A DNA stretch of 40,858 bases from an uncultured Syntrophomonadaceae bacterium (GCA_964592135.1 CAZQEV010000002.1:1-40858), one strand, 5' to 3'. Counted from the first letter of the stretch, positions 24,964-34,937 are shown. Program-made: numbers and translations. Notes: generated from the sequence alone by a model not told the origin.

Positions 24964-25101
24964 TTAAAAAAGGGACTGGATAAAGGGGAAAAGGTAGCGG
25001 GAAAGAAAAAACAGGACCACGATGAGCCCGATGAGCCAGACCCCGTATTTGATCGCCGCATATCCCAGACCCATAAGTTTACTTTCATCAACCTCATTCA
25101 T
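24964..25101 (-). CDS. small single-TM membrane protein (45 aa), below the ORF-track cutoff
   Basis: Sequence is MNEVDESKLMGLGYAAIKYGVWLIGLIVVLFFLSRYLFPFIQSLF. GGAGGTG lies 7 nt upstream of the ATG. It reads as a clean TM helix, unlike the overlapping 60-aa track ORF. Confidence 0.5.
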   Translation of the reverse strand: MNEVDESKLMGLGYAAIKYGVWLIGLIVVLFFLSRYLFPFIQSLF

Positions 25102-25226
25102 ATTCTTACACCTCCATACTTTTTATCTTTAGTTTGCAAAGTGATGGCTCTATTTATACGTCTCCGGGGGATAAGAGAATGGTCCTAAGCAAAAAATAAA
25201 GCAGGAAGACGAAAGGGGTGATAACA

Positions 25227-25409
25227 GTGGCTAAAAAGTACAATCGGGGAAGACAGCAGAAGCGGAATGTCGATCAGAGCAAGCTGGAGAAATACCGCAC
25301 AGAGGTGTCGCGGGAGCTGGGCACAGAGCAGCCGGAAAAAAGCAAGAGGACGGTTCCCCGGGGGAATACGTCTACTTATAAGACGGACGACGCAGAAAAG
25401 CTATCTTAA
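25227..25409 (+). CDS. small basic protein with an alpha/beta-type SASP helix-1-like motif
   Basis: LEKYRTEVSRELG compares with the SASP motif (L/I)xQMK(Y/L/F)E(I/V)AxE(F/L)G. GTG 25227 lies 6 nt after AAAGGGGTG. A strong terminator follows directly. Confidence 0.45.
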   Translation: MAKKYNRGRQQKRNVDQSKLEKYRTEVSRELGTEQPEKSKRTVPRGNTSTYKTDDAEKLS

Positions 25410-25421
25410 GCCCAGACAAAG

Positions 25422-25470
25422 GAAGTCAGTCTCCGCCAATCCCGGGTCCGGGAGACTGACTTTCTCTTTT
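25422..25470. terminator. bidirectional rho-independent terminator
   Basis: The stem AAGTCAGTCTCC / GGAGACTGACTT (12 bp) is followed by TCTCTTTT on the plus strand and by a T-containing run on the minus strand. It lies between convergent genes. Confidence 0.7.
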
Positions 25471-25486
25471 CCCAGCAGGGTAACCG

Positions 25487-26482
25487 CTATACTTTTTCAG
25501 CAATGGCAAGGGCCATCGCCGCGGTTCCGGCGCTGCCTTTTAAATCCGGTGTTACAGTCTTCCCTTCCTGGAGCACCGCGGCCACCGCGTGCTCCACCCG
25601 GTGCGCCGCCTCATCTTCACCCAGATGGCGCAGCATGAGCGCGGCGGCCAGGATCATCGCAACAGGGTTGGCCCTGTCCAGCCCCCTGTATTTCGGAACG
25701 CTGCCGTGAACAGCTTCGAAGAAAGCCGCCTCATGACCGATATTGGCTGAGGGAACCATTCCCAGCCCTCCCACCAGACCCGCACAGAGATCTGAAAGGA
25801 TGTCGCCGTACAGGTTCGGCATGACCATAACATCGTACTGATGCGGTTTTTGCACCAGCTGCATGGCCATATTGTCCACGATCCTCTCCTCATATTCGAT
25901 ATCGGAATAGAGCGCCGCCACCTCGCGGGCTGCTTCCAGAAAAAGACCGTCGCTCAGTTTCATGATATTTGCCTTATGCACAGCTGTAACCTTGCGGCGG
26001 CTGTTTTGCCGCGCGTACCTGAAAGCAAAACGGACAATCCGCTCCGAAGCGCGGCGGGTGATTATTTTAATACTCTCTGCGGCATCAAGACCGACCATAT
26101 GTTCCACGCCGCTGTAAAGGTCTTCCGTATTTTCACGGACTACGACAAGGTCAATATCCCTGTATAGAGAGTTCACCCGGGGATAGCTCACAGCAGGGCG
26201 CAGATTGGCATAAAGATCAAGCTTCCGGCGCAAAGCCACATTGATGCTGCGGTAACCCGAGCCCACCCCCGTGGTCAGCGGCCCTTTCAGGCCGACCTTG
26301 TTTTTGCGCAGCGAAGCGATGGTCTCCTCCGGCAGGGGGGTTCCGTACTTCTCCAGAGCCTCCTCCCCGGCCGCAACCTCCTCCCAGGCAATCTTTACCT
26401 CCGTCGCCTCCAGCACTTTCAGCGCGGCGTCAATAATTTCCGGGCCGATTCCATCGCCGCGAATTAAAGTAACTTCATGCAT
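25487..26482 (-). CDS. NAD-dependent isocitrate dehydrogenase-like enzyme (isocitrate/isopropylmalate dehydrogenase family)
   Basis: Motifs are [12 protein letters not shown] and [32 protein letters not shown] (IDH3-type), plus NLYGDILSD. At 331 aa it is shorter than LeuB. Homoisocitrate dehydrogenase is not excluded. Confidence 0.75.
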   Translation of the reverse strand: MHEVTLIRGDGIGPEIIDAALKVLEATEVKIAWEEVAAGEEALEKYGTPLPEETIASLRKNKVGLKGPLTTGVGSGYRSINVALRRKLDLYANLRPAVSYPRVNSLYRDIDLVVVRENTEDLYSGVEHMVGLDAAESIKIITRRASERIVRFAFRYARQNSRRKVTAVHKANIMKLSDGLFLEAAREVAALYSDIEYEERIVDNMAMQLVQKPHQYDVMVMPNLYGDILSDLCAGLVGGLGMVPSANIGHEAAFFEAVHGSVPKYRGLDRANPVAMILAAALMLRHLGEDEAAHRVEHAVAAVLQEGKTVTPDLKGSAGTAAMALAIAEKV

Positions 26483-27165
26483 TGTTTTACCTCCTGGAAT
26501 ACATTTACCAACATATTTTTAAAATTTTCTCCTGCGTCTTGTATATAAGGGAGGCAGAAGCGCTGCTGCGAAGCAAAACCTCCGCTGCCGCTTTCCCTGC
26601 TATACAGATCCCGGTAATTGCGATAATTTTTCAGGACCCGCTGCACAAAAGCGCGCGTCTCGCTGAAGGGAATCTGGCTCAGGTGGGCTTCACTGCCGTC
26701 CCATGTTCCCTCTTCAAGCCACCGCTGCACATGGCCCCTTCCCCCGTTATAGGCGGCCAGGGCGATGACCTTGCTCCCGCCAAACTGCCGCAGCAGATCG
26801 GCAAGATACCAGGTGCCGGCGGTGATGTTGTAGCGCGGCTCAAAAAGCCTGTCGGGGTGATAGTCACTCTCCCCCTTTTTTTCAGCGATCCACCGGGCCG
26901 TGGAAGGCATGATCTGCATCAGGCCGCAGGCCCCCTCCGGTGAGACCGCCTCCTCCTGAAAGCCGCTCTCCGTATGAATCACTGCGGCGATGAGCAAAGG
27001 ATCGATCTGCTGCTCCGCTGCCGCCGCCATGATCTCCTCCCGAAAGCGAAAAGGGTAGAACATCTGCCCCAGCCGGGGACTCCCCAGAAGAAAGCAGACG
27101 AGGCCAAAAAATATGATAAAAGCGATGAGGCTTATCAACCGGCGCAGCTTTCCCGTCACCACCAT
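26464..27165 (-). CDS. lytic transglycosylase (SLT domain), membrane-anchored
   Basis: An N-terminal TM helix is present. The SLT catalytic motif is [27 protein letters not shown], followed by AAYNGG. Confidence 0.85.
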   Translation of the reverse strand: MVVTGKLRRLISLIAFIIFFGLVCFLLGSPRLGQMFYPFRFREEIMAAAAEQQIDPLLIAAVIHTESGFQEEAVSPEGACGLMQIMPSTARWIAEKKGESDYHPDRLFEPRYNITAGTWYLADLLRQFGGSKVIALAAYNGGRGHVQRWLEEGTWDGSEAHLSQIPFSETRAFVQRVLKNYRNYRDLYSRESGSGGFASQQRFCLPYIQDAGENFKNMLVNVFQEVKQCMKLL

Positions 27166-27177
27166 TTTTTTCGCTAA

Positions 27178-27792
27178 TTACCGTGATTGCCGGCAGAGCT
27201 CCGGAAGCTTTTCCCAGAAGCCTTCAACCTGCCGCCGCGTTTCGGCAAGGCTGCCGCTATTATCGATGATCACAGCGGCATGGTTCCTCTTCTCCGCCAG
27301 GGGCATCTGTGCCCGCACCCTGGAGAGCGCCTCTGCGGGCGTAAGGTTGTCCCGGCTCTGCAGACGCTCAAGCTGGATCTCCCCGGAGACATAGACCAGC
27401 ACAACCAGATCCACGAGCCGCTCCATCCCCGCCTCGATCAAAAGCGGCACATCGTAAACCACAACCGCATCGGGCCGGCGCCGCCTGATCTCCTCTGTGC
27501 GGGCGGTAAATGCTTCCGCAACCCGCGGATGGACGATTCTGTTAAGCCTCTGCCGGGCAGCAAAATCACCAAAGACCAGCTCCCCCAGCCGGACCCGGTC
27601 AATGGAGCCGTCCGGACCCGCAATGGAAGGCCCGAGCCATTCTCTGATCTCATGCCAGGCCCGTTTCCCGGGAAGCACTACTTCCCGGGCGATCTTGTCG
27701 GCATCGAGAAGGAGAGCTCCTCTTTCGACAAGCATATCCGCCACTGTGCTTTTTCCGGAAGCGATCCCGCCGGTCAAACCGATGATGATCAT
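27178..27792 (-). CDS. coaE: dephospho-CoA kinase
   Basis: P-loop is IIGLTGGIASGKST. Length and neighbourhood (ytaF-coaE) match Bacillus. Confidence 0.95.
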   Translation of the reverse strand: MIIIGLTGGIASGKSTVADMLVERGALLLDADKIAREVVLPGKRAWHEIREWLGPSIAGPDGSIDRVRLGELVFGDFAARQRLNRIVHPRVAEAFTARTEEIRRRRPDAVVVYDVPLLIEAGMERLVDLVVLVYVSGEIQLERLQSRDNLTPAEALSRVRAQMPLAEKRNHAAVIIDNSGSLAETRRQVEGFWEKLPELCRQSR

Positions 27793-27811
27793 GATTTTCT
27801 TTCACCCTGAG

Positions 27812-28465
27812 CTAGAATAGATTCATTATACCAAGAAAAATAAGAATTGCACCCCCCAGCAGCGGAATATATCCCGGGGCAACCTTGCGGCCGGCGGCTT
27901 TCCCGGCGACAACGCCCAGGGGAAGCAGAAGCATCTTTGTCGATCCCACGGCAAGGACAGTGGGCAGAAGCGGCGAGCCGATCAAAGCGGCGCCAAAACC
28001 TGCGGCAAAGGCGTCGGCGGCGAGAGCCGAACCGAGCAACAGCGCCTCGGCAGCACTCAGAGTGCCTGAACGATCCAGGTCTGCCGCCTCGGGCCGCCGC
28101 AGCAGAGTGCTGATGTTTCTGGGGTGCGCTGAAGATTCTTCTTCCCCCTGCTCCGGGGAATGGGAAAGCCGGGCCTCCCCCTCCTTGTTCCCGGGACTAT
28201 GCTGCCGCATCACCACAAGGCCGAAGATGACCAAAACAGCCCCTCCCAGGGCGGAGATCCACCGGTGCGGCACAATGTATGCAAAGCCGCTGCCGGCCAG
28301 CATGGATAGGGCTATTGCTCCGGCCGAGAGCGAAGCGATGACCAGCAGAGAGGTGAAGGGAATCGTCAGTTTGCGAAGGCCGCAGGAGAAACCTGCACTG
28401 AAACCGTCAATGCTCACCGCCAGGGCCAGCAGCAAAGGCACCCCCCATTCCGCTTGCAGCCTCAT
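27812..28465 (-). CDS. ytaF: sporulation membrane protein YtaF (MntP/DUF204-like)
   Basis: Two DUF204 half-repeats (SIDGFSAGF... and AADAFAAGFGA...) are separated by a hydrophilic loop. Occupies the conserved position between mutM and coaE. Confidence 0.8.
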   Translation of the reverse strand: MRLQAEWGVPLLLALAVSIDGFSAGFSCGLRKLTIPFTSLLVIASLSAGAIALSMLAGSGFAYIVPHRWISALGGAVLVIFGLVVMRQHSPGNKEGEARLSHSPEQGEEESSAHPRNISTLLRRPEAADLDRSGTLSAAEALLLGSALAADAFAAGFGAALIGSPLLPTVLAVGSTKMLLLPLGVVAGKAAGRKVAPGYIPLLGGAILIFLGIMNLF

Positions 28466-28550
28466 CTCCCCCTTACCTTTTCACTCTCCTATCATATGAA
28501 CAGAGCGGTAAAGGGGTGAAAAAGCTAGTGACTATTGGCGCCTGAGTTCA

Positions 28551-29390
28551 CTAACTCTGGCAGTGTGGGCAGTAGTAGGTGCCGCGGCCGGCGGTGACGG
28601 TGCGCTCTATGAGGCGGCCGCAGCGGGGGCAGGGCTCCCCTTTGCATCCGTACACGGCAAGCTGCTCCTGAAACAGACCGGCAGCACCGCGGGCGTCGCG
28701 ATAATCGCGAATGGTGGTTCCGCCGCAGGCAATTCCCCGGGCCAACACTTCACGGATAGCCCGGTAAAGACAGCGGCTCTCTTTTTTTGTTAAAGATGAA
28801 ACCGGGCGGCAGGGGTGGATCCCGCTGCGAAAAAGACTTTCATCGGTGTAGATGTTCCCCATCCCGGCCACGAAACCCTGATCGAGAAGCAGTGGCTTGA
28901 TCCGGGCGCGGGGCCTTGACTGGAGCAGTTTCAAAAAAGTGGTCTCATCCGCCTCCTCCCAGATGTCGGGACCGAGGCGGGGCAATCCGGCGCCATCCCA
29001 CTCCTCCTCCTTTTCAAGGAGCCGGAATCCGCCAAATTTGCGCTGATCATAAAAACAAAGAGCGCCGCCGCCGGTAAAGGGCAGCTCCAATCTCAGGTGC
29101 TCCACCCGCCGGCCGCAGCCGCCGTCTCTTTCGCCGGGACAGCGGTAAATCAGCATGCCCGTCATCCGGAGATGCGCCAGCAGCAATCCCCGGTCAAGCA
29201 GGAAAAGCAGGTGCTTGCCTTTTCTGCCCACTTCCCTGATCCGGCGTCTCCTGAGAAGGCGGCAAAACTGCTCCGGTTCGGGATAGTGTACCGCGCCGGG
29301 AAAGTGGATCAGGGGCGTTGTAAATTCTTTACCTATGACCAGCGGTGCCAGGCCCCGCCGGATGACCTCGACTTCCGGCAGTTCAGGCAT
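28551..29390 (-). CDS. mutM: formamidopyrimidine-DNA glycosylase
   Basis: N-terminus is MPELPEVE. H2TH region is present. The C-terminal zinc finger is CPRCG...YYCPHCQ. Confidence 0.95.
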   Translation of the reverse strand: MPELPEVEVIRRGLAPLVIGKEFTTPLIHFPGAVHYPEPEQFCRLLRRRRIREVGRKGKHLLFLLDRGLLLAHLRMTGMLIYRCPGERDGGCGRRVEHLRLELPFTGGGALCFYDQRKFGGFRLLEKEEEWDGAGLPRLGPDIWEEADETTFLKLLQSRPRARIKPLLLDQGFVAGMGNIYTDESLFRSGIHPCRPVSSLTKKESRCLYRAIREVLARGIACGGTTIRDYRDARGAAGLFQEQLAVYGCKGEPCPRCGRLIERTVTAGRGTYYCPHCQS

Positions 29391-29429
29391 AGTGTCGCCT
29401 CCGCTCAGCAGATTTTGATCTGTTATGTT

Positions 29430-32126
29430 TTAAGGACAGCCCCAGGGTTTCAGTTCAGCCCAGTTGATACCGTACTTGAGATCAACCTTCAAAGGGATCT
29501 CCATGGGGCAGGCCTGCTCCATGTCTTTCCGGATCACCGGGGCAAAGAATTCCAGCTCATTTTCATCAATCTCAAAGAGAAGTTCATCATGAATTTGCAG
29601 CAGCAGCTGCGCCCCAAAGCCGCCGCCGCGAATAGTCCCGGCCACGCGCAGCATGGCCAGCTTGATAATGTCGGCCGCCGTGCCCTGCACGGGAGTGTTG
29701 CGGGCCGTCCTCTCGGCAAAGCTGCGCCGGCCAAAATGAGAAGAGCGAATTTCAGGCAGGTAACGCCGCCGCCCCAGCAGGGTGGTGACATAGCCAGACT
29801 CGCGAGCCTCCTCGATGACCCGCTGCATATATTCTCTCACACCCTGGTAGCGATCAAAATAGCTCTCGATATAGCGCTGCGCCTCCTGGCGGGAGACTCC
29901 TATTCCCCGCGCCAGTCCGTAATCGCTGATCCCGTAGATGATCCCGAAATTGACCGCCTTCGCTTTCCCGCGCATCGTCTCAGTGACCTCCGCAGGATCT
30001 GCCTGAAAAACTTCGGCGGCGGTGCGGCGGTGAATGTCCTCATCCTTGCGGAAGGCATCAAGCAGGATGGGATCGCGTGAAAGGTGCGCCAGCACCCGCA
30101 GCTCGATCTGCGAGTAATCCGCCGACAGAAAGACTCTGCCGTGAGAGGAAGGAATAAAGGCGAGGCGAATCCTCCTTCCCTCCTCCAGGCGGATGGGGAT
30201 GTTCTGCAAGTTCGGATCACTGCTGCTGAGACGCCCCGTTGCCGTAACGGTCTGGTTAAAAGTAGTGTAGATCTTTTTAGCGGCACCGTCCACCAGGGGC
30301 AGCAGCCCCGAGAGATAAGTGCCCTCAAGCTTGATCAGCTGGCGGTAATTCAAGATCTCGGCAACAATCTCATGCTGCGGCGCCAGCTCCGAAAGCACCG
30401 CCGCATCGGTAGAGTAACCGGTTTTGGTCTTGCGCACCACCGGCAGTTTCAACCTCTCAAAAAGGACCTCCGCCAGCTGCTGAGGTGAGTTCAGGTTGAA
30501 ATTCTCCCCGGCAAGGGTGTATATCTTCCTCTCGAGACGATCAATGCGGCTGCGGATCTCGGAGGCAAGATCATGGAGCAGGGGCAGATCAACAGCGATC
30601 CCTTTGCGCTCCATCGCAGCGAGCACCGCCGCCAGAGGCAGTTCGAGGTCATAGTAGAGTTTCTCCAGCGAACGCTCCGCCAGGCAGGCGGCCAGTTTCT
30701 CTTGAAGGCGAAAAAGAGATGCGGCCCCTGAGGCCAGGATGCGGCCGCGCTGCTCCGGAGAAAGCGGCTCCCTCCGGCGCCCCCGGCCGGCAGTCTCCGG
30801 CGCCGGCAGATCGAGATAATCGCACAAAAGCATTCCCAGCTCGTAACGGTTGCGGCCGGGATCGAGAATGTATGCCGCCAGCCGGCAATCAAAATTAAAA
30901 GGCGGTTCTTCCAGGCCGTTATGACAGAAAAAGCTGTATAAGTACTTGATTTCATGGCCGATGAGACCGCCGGTACATCTCTCAAAGGCCTGTGCAAAGA
31001 GTTTCCATAGTTTTGCCTGGGGATCAAAATCCGCGGGTTGCAGATAATAACAGCGCTCTTCATCAAAAGCAAAGGCCAGCAATTCGGGAGGGCGGCGCCA
31101 GTACGGGCGCCCGGGCGCCGGCTCAGCGAGCAGGGACATTTTCGCTCCCCTTTCGATCCCCTCCAAAAGCAGCGAAAGTTTTGCAAAATCTGTTACCGCT
31201 TCGCCGCGCAGCGGCGGAAGAGAGTCCTCACCTGCTGCCGCCCCGGTAGATGCCGCAGCCGCCCTTTCGGCAAAACTCTTGAACTCAAGTTCGTGAAAAA
31301 GCGGTAAAAGTTTATCATGATCGGGTTCGACACGGCGACAGCAGTCGCGGGTAAAGTTAAGGGGGACATCACGCCGGATCGTGTTCAGATCCTGCCCTGT
31401 AAAAAGCAGTTCGCGATTCTCTTCCAGGTTCTGCCTCAACTTGCCTTTCAGCAGGGATAGCGATCCTATGATCCCTTCTATGGAGCCGAATTCTTCCAGC
31501 AAACGCCGGGCAGTCTTCTCACCAATGCCTGGAACGCCGGGAATGTTGTCGGAAGGATCACCCTTGAGCGCCTTGAAATCAACCCACTGCTCCGGGGCCA
31601 GGCCGAACCGCTCCTTCAGGTAAGCCCGGTTGCAGCGGTCAACCTGCGTAATCCCCCGCCGCGTCAGCAGAACATCCACGGTATCGTCCACCAGCTGCAG
31701 CAAGTCGGCATCGCCGGAGACAACTACTGCTTCGAGCTGCTCCTCAGCGGCCTTTTTCGCCAGGGTGCCGATGACATCATCGGCCTCGAAACCGGACACC
31801 TCAAAAACGCTGATTCGCATCGCCTCGAGAATTTCGCGGGCCCGGGCCATCTGCTCCCCCAGTTCGCGGGGGGTTTTTTCGCGATGTCCCTTGTAGTCGG
31901 CATAGATCTCCCGGCGGAAAGAAGGCCCGGGGGGATCCACCGCCACGGCGATATAATGAGGCTGCTCCTCTTCGAGAAGACGCAGCAGCATGCTCACAAA
32001 TCCGTAAAGAGCGTTGGTATGCTCCCCCCTGGAAGTCTGCATCGTCGGCGGCAGTGCGTAGAAGGCACGGTAAATCAAGCTATTCCCATCAATAATCACA
32101 AACTTTTCTTTCTGTTGCTCCGCCAA
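29430..32126 (-). CDS. polA: DNA polymerase I
   Basis: 898 aa. A 5'-nuclease domain (DGNSLIYRAFYA, GIGEKTA) is followed by polymerase motifs A (DYSQIELRVLAH), B (RRTAAEVF...KAVNFGIIYG) and C (QIHDELLFE). TTG start after GAAGGAGA. Confidence 0.97.
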   Translation of the reverse strand: MAEQQKEKFVIIDGNSLIYRAFYALPPTMQTSRGEHTNALYGFVSMLLRLLEEEQPHYIAVAVDPPGPSFRREIYADYKGHREKTPRELGEQMARAREILEAMRISVFEVSGFEADDVIGTLAKKAAEEQLEAVVVSGDADLLQLVDDTVDVLLTRRGITQVDRCNRAYLKERFGLAPEQWVDFKALKGDPSDNIPGVPGIGEKTARRLLEEFGSIEGIIGSLSLLKGKLRQNLEENRELLFTGQDLNTIRRDVPLNFTRDCCRRVEPDHDKLLPLFHELEFKSFAERAAAASTGAAAGEDSLPPLRGEAVTDFAKLSLLLEGIERGAKMSLLAEPAPGRPYWRRPPELLAFAFDEERCYYLQPADFDPQAKLWKLFAQAFERCTGGLIGHEIKYLYSFFCHNGLEEPPFNFDCRLAAYILDPGRNRYELGMLLCDYLDLPAPETAGRGRRREPLSPEQRGRILASGAASLFRLQEKLAACLAERSLEKLYYDLELPLAAVLAAMERKGIAVDLPLLHDLASEIRSRIDRLERKIYTLAGENFNLNSPQQLAEVLFERLKLPVVRKTKTGYSTDAAVLSELAPQHEIVAEILNYRQLIKLEGTYLSGLLPLVDGAAKKIYTTFNQTVTATGRLSSSDPNLQNIPIRLEEGRRIRLAFIPSSHGRVFLSADYSQIELRVLAHLSRDPILLDAFRKDEDIHRRTAAEVFQADPAEVTETMRGKAKAVNFGIIYGISDYGLARGIGVSRQEAQRYIESYFDRYQGVREYMQRVIEEARESGYVTTLLGRRRYLPEIRSSHFGRRSFAERTARNTPVQGTAADIIKLAMLRVAGTIRGGGFGAQLLLQIHDELLFEIDENELEFFAPVIRKDMEQACPMEIPLKVDLKYGINWAELKPWGCP

Positions 32127-32191
32127 ATTTTATCTCCTTCTTCGTTAATTATTATCATCCGGTGGGGGCACAATAAACAGCAGGAAATGTT

Positions 32192-32494
32192 TTGGCATCA
32201 TTTCAGAGGAGGATGCCTTTGAACGCGCGCGCCAAGGAATATCTTGATGAAAATTTTTTGCGGGGGAAAGAATTTCTTGCCGCCCAGGAGGCGCTGCTCC
32301 AGGAGCTGGCCTCCACCTTTGAAAGAGAGCTCTGGGAATGCCTGGGACGGCAGTCGCTTTTCAGTCTTGGACAGAAGATGGCTCTGCCCCATGAGCCGCC
32401 CCTTCAGGAGCTTCTCACCAGGCAGATCCTCTTTACCTGGGGTCTCGGTTTTGCCGTCGGCTCCGCCTCGCTCAAGCAGGAGCCTTCCCGCTAA
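32192..32494 (+). CDS. hypothetical protein, divergent from polA; start uncertain (TTG 32192, ATG 32213 or TTG 32219)
   Basis: Codon usage looks native, with GC-rich third positions and a GAG/CTG/GCC preference. No recognisable domain. The 3' end overlaps the ribH 3' end by 23 nt, convergently. Confidence 0.35.
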   Translation: MASFQRRMPLNARAKEYLDENFLRGKEFLAAQEALLQELASTFERELWECLGRQSLFSLGQKMALPHEPPLQELLTRQILFTWGLGFAVGSASLKQEPSR

Positions 32495-32951
32495 GGTGTT
32501 TGCAGAGATCGGCCATCTCAATGGCGCTCAGCGCCGCGGCCCAGCCCTTGTTTCCCGCCTTGGTACCCGCCCGCTCTATGGCCTGCTCAAGAGTATCGCT
32601 GGTGATAATGCCGAAGATGGTGGGGATGCCGCTGTCCAGCCCCACCTTGGCCACCCCTTTGGCCACTTCTGAAGCGACATAATCAAAATGAGGGGTGCTG
32701 CCGCGGATGACCGCCCCGAGGCAGATCACGGCATCATAACGCCCGCTTTGCGCCGCTTTTTGAGCGATAGCCGGAATTTCAAAGGCGCCGGGAACCCAGA
32801 TCACAGCGATCTTTTCTTCATCGGCTTCGTGACGTTTCAGGCAATCAATAGCCCCATCAAGCAGCCGGTTGGAGATAAATTCGTTGAAGCGGCTCACAAC
32901 CAGGGCAAAACGGTATTCACGGGCAATGAGCTGTCCTTCGTAAGTTTTCAT
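32472..32951 (-). CDS. ribH: 6,7-dimethyl-8-ribityllumazine synthase
   Basis: Motifs are [21 protein letters not shown] and [14 protein letters not shown]. Confidence 0.95.
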   Translation of the reverse strand: MKTYEGQLIAREYRFALVVSRFNEFISNRLLDGAIDCLKRHEADEEKIAVIWVPGAFEIPAIAQKAAQSGRYDAVICLGAVIRGSTPHFDYVASEVAKGVAKVGLDSGIPTIFGIITSDTLEQAIERAGTKAGNKGWAAALSAIEMADLCKHLSGKAPA

Positions 32952-32989
32952 TTAAAAGCGCCTCCTTGGATTTCATTGTTTACACCCAC

Positions 32990-33011
32990 GGGCGGGGATG
33001 GAACCCCGCCC
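32990..33011 (-). other. GC-rich intercistronic hairpin directly after the ribBA stop
   Basis: GGGCGGGG-6 nt loop-CCCCGCCC (8 bp) with no U tract. It may be an mRNA stability or processing element within the rib operon. Confidence 0.4.
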
Positions 33012-34220
33012 CTACTCGGCCAGGTGAAGCAGGTGCCCCAGTTTATGCTTCTTCGTAGCCAGGTATTTGGAATTGTAGCATCCCGGCGGGATCTCCAGGG
33101 GAACCCGCTCTACAATATTCAAGCCGTAACCCTCCAGGCCCTTCACCTTGCGGGGATTATTGGTCAAGAGGCGAATCCGGCGCACTCCCAGATCGACAAG
33201 GATCTGCGCACCCACACCGTAATCGCGCAGGTCTGCCGGAAATCCCAGCGCTTCATTGGCCTCCACTGTATCCTTGTCCTGCTCATCCTGGATCTCATAT
33301 GCACGCACCTTGTTCAGCAGGCCGATCCCCCGCCCCTCCTGGCGCATGTAGAGCAGCACACCGCTGCCATTCTCATCGATCTGCTTCATCGCCTGGCGCA
33401 GCTGATTGCCGCAATCGCAGCGCAGCGAGCAGAGAACATCTCCGGTAAGACACTGGGAATGAACCCGCACCAGGACAGGTGATTCGCTGTTAAACTCGCC
33501 CTTAACCAGTGCCAGGTGAGTCTGGTTGTCAACGCTGTTTTCATAAGCGATGAGGCGGAAGGCGCCGTAAGCGGTGGGTAAATTGGCGCTGGCTGAACGC
33601 CAGACCAGCTTCTCTTTCTTCATCCTGTAGTGGATCAGATCGGCAATCGTAATGAGTTTCAGGCCGTGCTCCCGGCAGAATTCCTGAAGCTGGGGCAGCC
33701 TGGCCATGGTCCCGTCCTCGTTTAATATTTCGCAGAGCACTCCAGCCGGCGAGAGCCCGGCCAGCTTCGCCAGATCCACCGCCGCCTCGGTATGGCCCGC
33801 CCTGCGAAGCACCCCTCCCTCCCTGGCCTGCAGGGGGAAGATATGCCCCGGACGGCGCAGATCCGCAGGATTCGTTGCCGGATCGATGAGCGTGCGGACT
33901 GTTTCCGCCCGCTCAAAAGCGGAGATACCGGTGGTCACGGCGAAGGCATCCACGGAAACGGTAAAGGCAGTCTGGTGAGAGTCGGTATTTTGGGAGACCA
34001 TCTGGGGCAGATCAAGCTGCTCCAGCCGTTCGGCAGTTAAAGGAACACAGACAAGACCGCGCCCCTGGCGGACCATGAAATTGATCGCTTCAGGCGAGAT
34101 TTTTTCGGCGGCCATGATCAGATCGCCTTCATTTTCGCGATCTTCATCATCAACCACCACGATCATCTTCCCCGCCTGCAAATCGACGAGCGCTTCTTCA
34201 ATTTTATTGAATTGCTGCAT
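33012..34220 (-). CDS. ribBA: bifunctional 3,4-dihydroxy-2-butanone-4-phosphate synthase / GTP cyclohydrolase II
   Basis: The DHBP synthase half has [11 protein letters not shown] and GHTEAAVDL. The GCH II half has [21 protein letters not shown] and EGRGIGL. Confidence 0.95.
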   Translation of the reverse strand: MQQFNKIEEALVDLQAGKMIVVVDDEDRENEGDLIMAAEKISPEAINFMVRQGRGLVCVPLTAERLEQLDLPQMVSQNTDSHQTAFTVSVDAFAVTTGISAFERAETVRTLIDPATNPADLRRPGHIFPLQAREGGVLRRAGHTEAAVDLAKLAGLSPAGVLCEILNEDGTMARLPQLQEFCREHGLKLITIADLIHYRMKKEKLVWRSASANLPTAYGAFRLIAYENSVDNQTHLALVKGEFNSESPVLVRVHSQCLTGDVLCSLRCDCGNQLRQAMKQIDENGSGVLLYMRQEGRGIGLLNKVRAYEIQDEQDKDTVEANEALGFPADLRDYGVGAQILVDLGVRRIRLLTNNPRKVKGLEGYGLNIVERVPLEIPPGCYNSKYLATKKHKLGHLLHLAE

Positions 34221-34242
34221 TGGGCATCTCCTCCTATAGCTG

Positions 34243-34902
34243 CTAGATGAAGCCTTTTTCTTTAAGAAAGCCGGCGGTCAGACCCGTTCTGCCATCCTCT
34301 TCGCCCTTGACATAGGGCCGCAACAGTTGATCCACGTATTTTCCGATGAGGTCAACTTCCAGGTTGACTGCAGCACCGATCTTTTTTTGCCCCAGGGTAG
34401 TCCTCTCCGCAGTAAGCGGAATGAGGGAGACAGTAAAATCATCTCTTCCCAGGCCGGCAATGGTCAGGCTAACCCCCTCCACGGCAATGGAGCCCCCGGG
34501 GATCAGATATTTCATCAGCTCTGCCGGCATCTTAAAGCACAGAATGAGCGCATTCCCCTCGGGGTAGCGCTGGATGAGTGTTCCAGTGGCATCTATATGA
34601 CCGCTGACCAGGTGCCCTCCCAGGCGTCCGCCCAGGGGCAGAGCCCGCTCCAGGTTCACCGGCTCGCCGGGGGAAACCACCCCCAGATTGCTTTTGCGCA
34701 GCGTCTCCGGCATCGCCACGGCGCCGAAGCTCTTTCCGGTCATCCCCGTCACCGTCAGGCAGACCCCGTTCACGGCAACACTGTCCCCTTCTTTCAGACC
34801 CTCCAAAAGCTCCCGCCCTGCGGATATCATCAACCGCACACCGCCGCGATAATTCTCACGGGCCTGCATGCGCCCTATCTCCTCCACCAAACCGGTAAAC
34901 AC
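34243..34902 (-). CDS. ribE: riboflavin synthase (alpha chain)
   Basis: Starts [10 protein letters not shown]. Duplicated lumazine-binding repeats are present ([11 protein letters not shown] and [11 protein letters not shown]). Confidence 0.95.
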   Translation of the reverse strand: MFTGLVEEIGRMQARENYRGGVRLMISAGRELLEGLKEGDSVAVNGVCLTVTGMTGKSFGAVAMPETLRKSNLGVVSPGEPVNLERALPLGGRLGGHLVSGHIDATGTLIQRYPEGNALILCFKMPAELMKYLIPGGSIAVEGVSLTIAGLGRDDFTVSLIPLTAERTTLGQKKIGAAVNLEVDLIGKYVDQLLRPYVKGEEDGRTGLTAGFLKEKGFI

Positions 34903-34937
34903 AGATGCAAACCTCCCGGGACAATCAGTTGTTCATC

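Noticed and set aside
24915-25097. 60-aa minus-strand track ORF (MRLMKVNLWVWDMRRSNTGSGSS...)
   Set aside because: A different frame in the same interval gives a 45-aa single-TM protein with a properly spaced GGAGGTG RBS. The 60-aa translation has no RBS and an implausible composition.
24596-25638. Plus-strand ORFs 24596-24949 (117 aa), 24946-25188 (80 aa) and 25267-25638 (123 aa)
   Set aside because: They run antisense to, or out of frame with, better-supported small genes, terminators and the dehydrogenase gene. They have no start context.
27187-28499. Plus-strand ORFs of 204-207 aa antisense to coaE and ytaF
   Set aside because: Shadow ORFs opposite conserved genes in GC-rich DNA.
29097-30080. 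327-aa plus-strand ORF spanning the mutM-polA junction
   Set aside because: It runs antisense across two conserved genes and their intergenic RBS, and has no recognisable domain.
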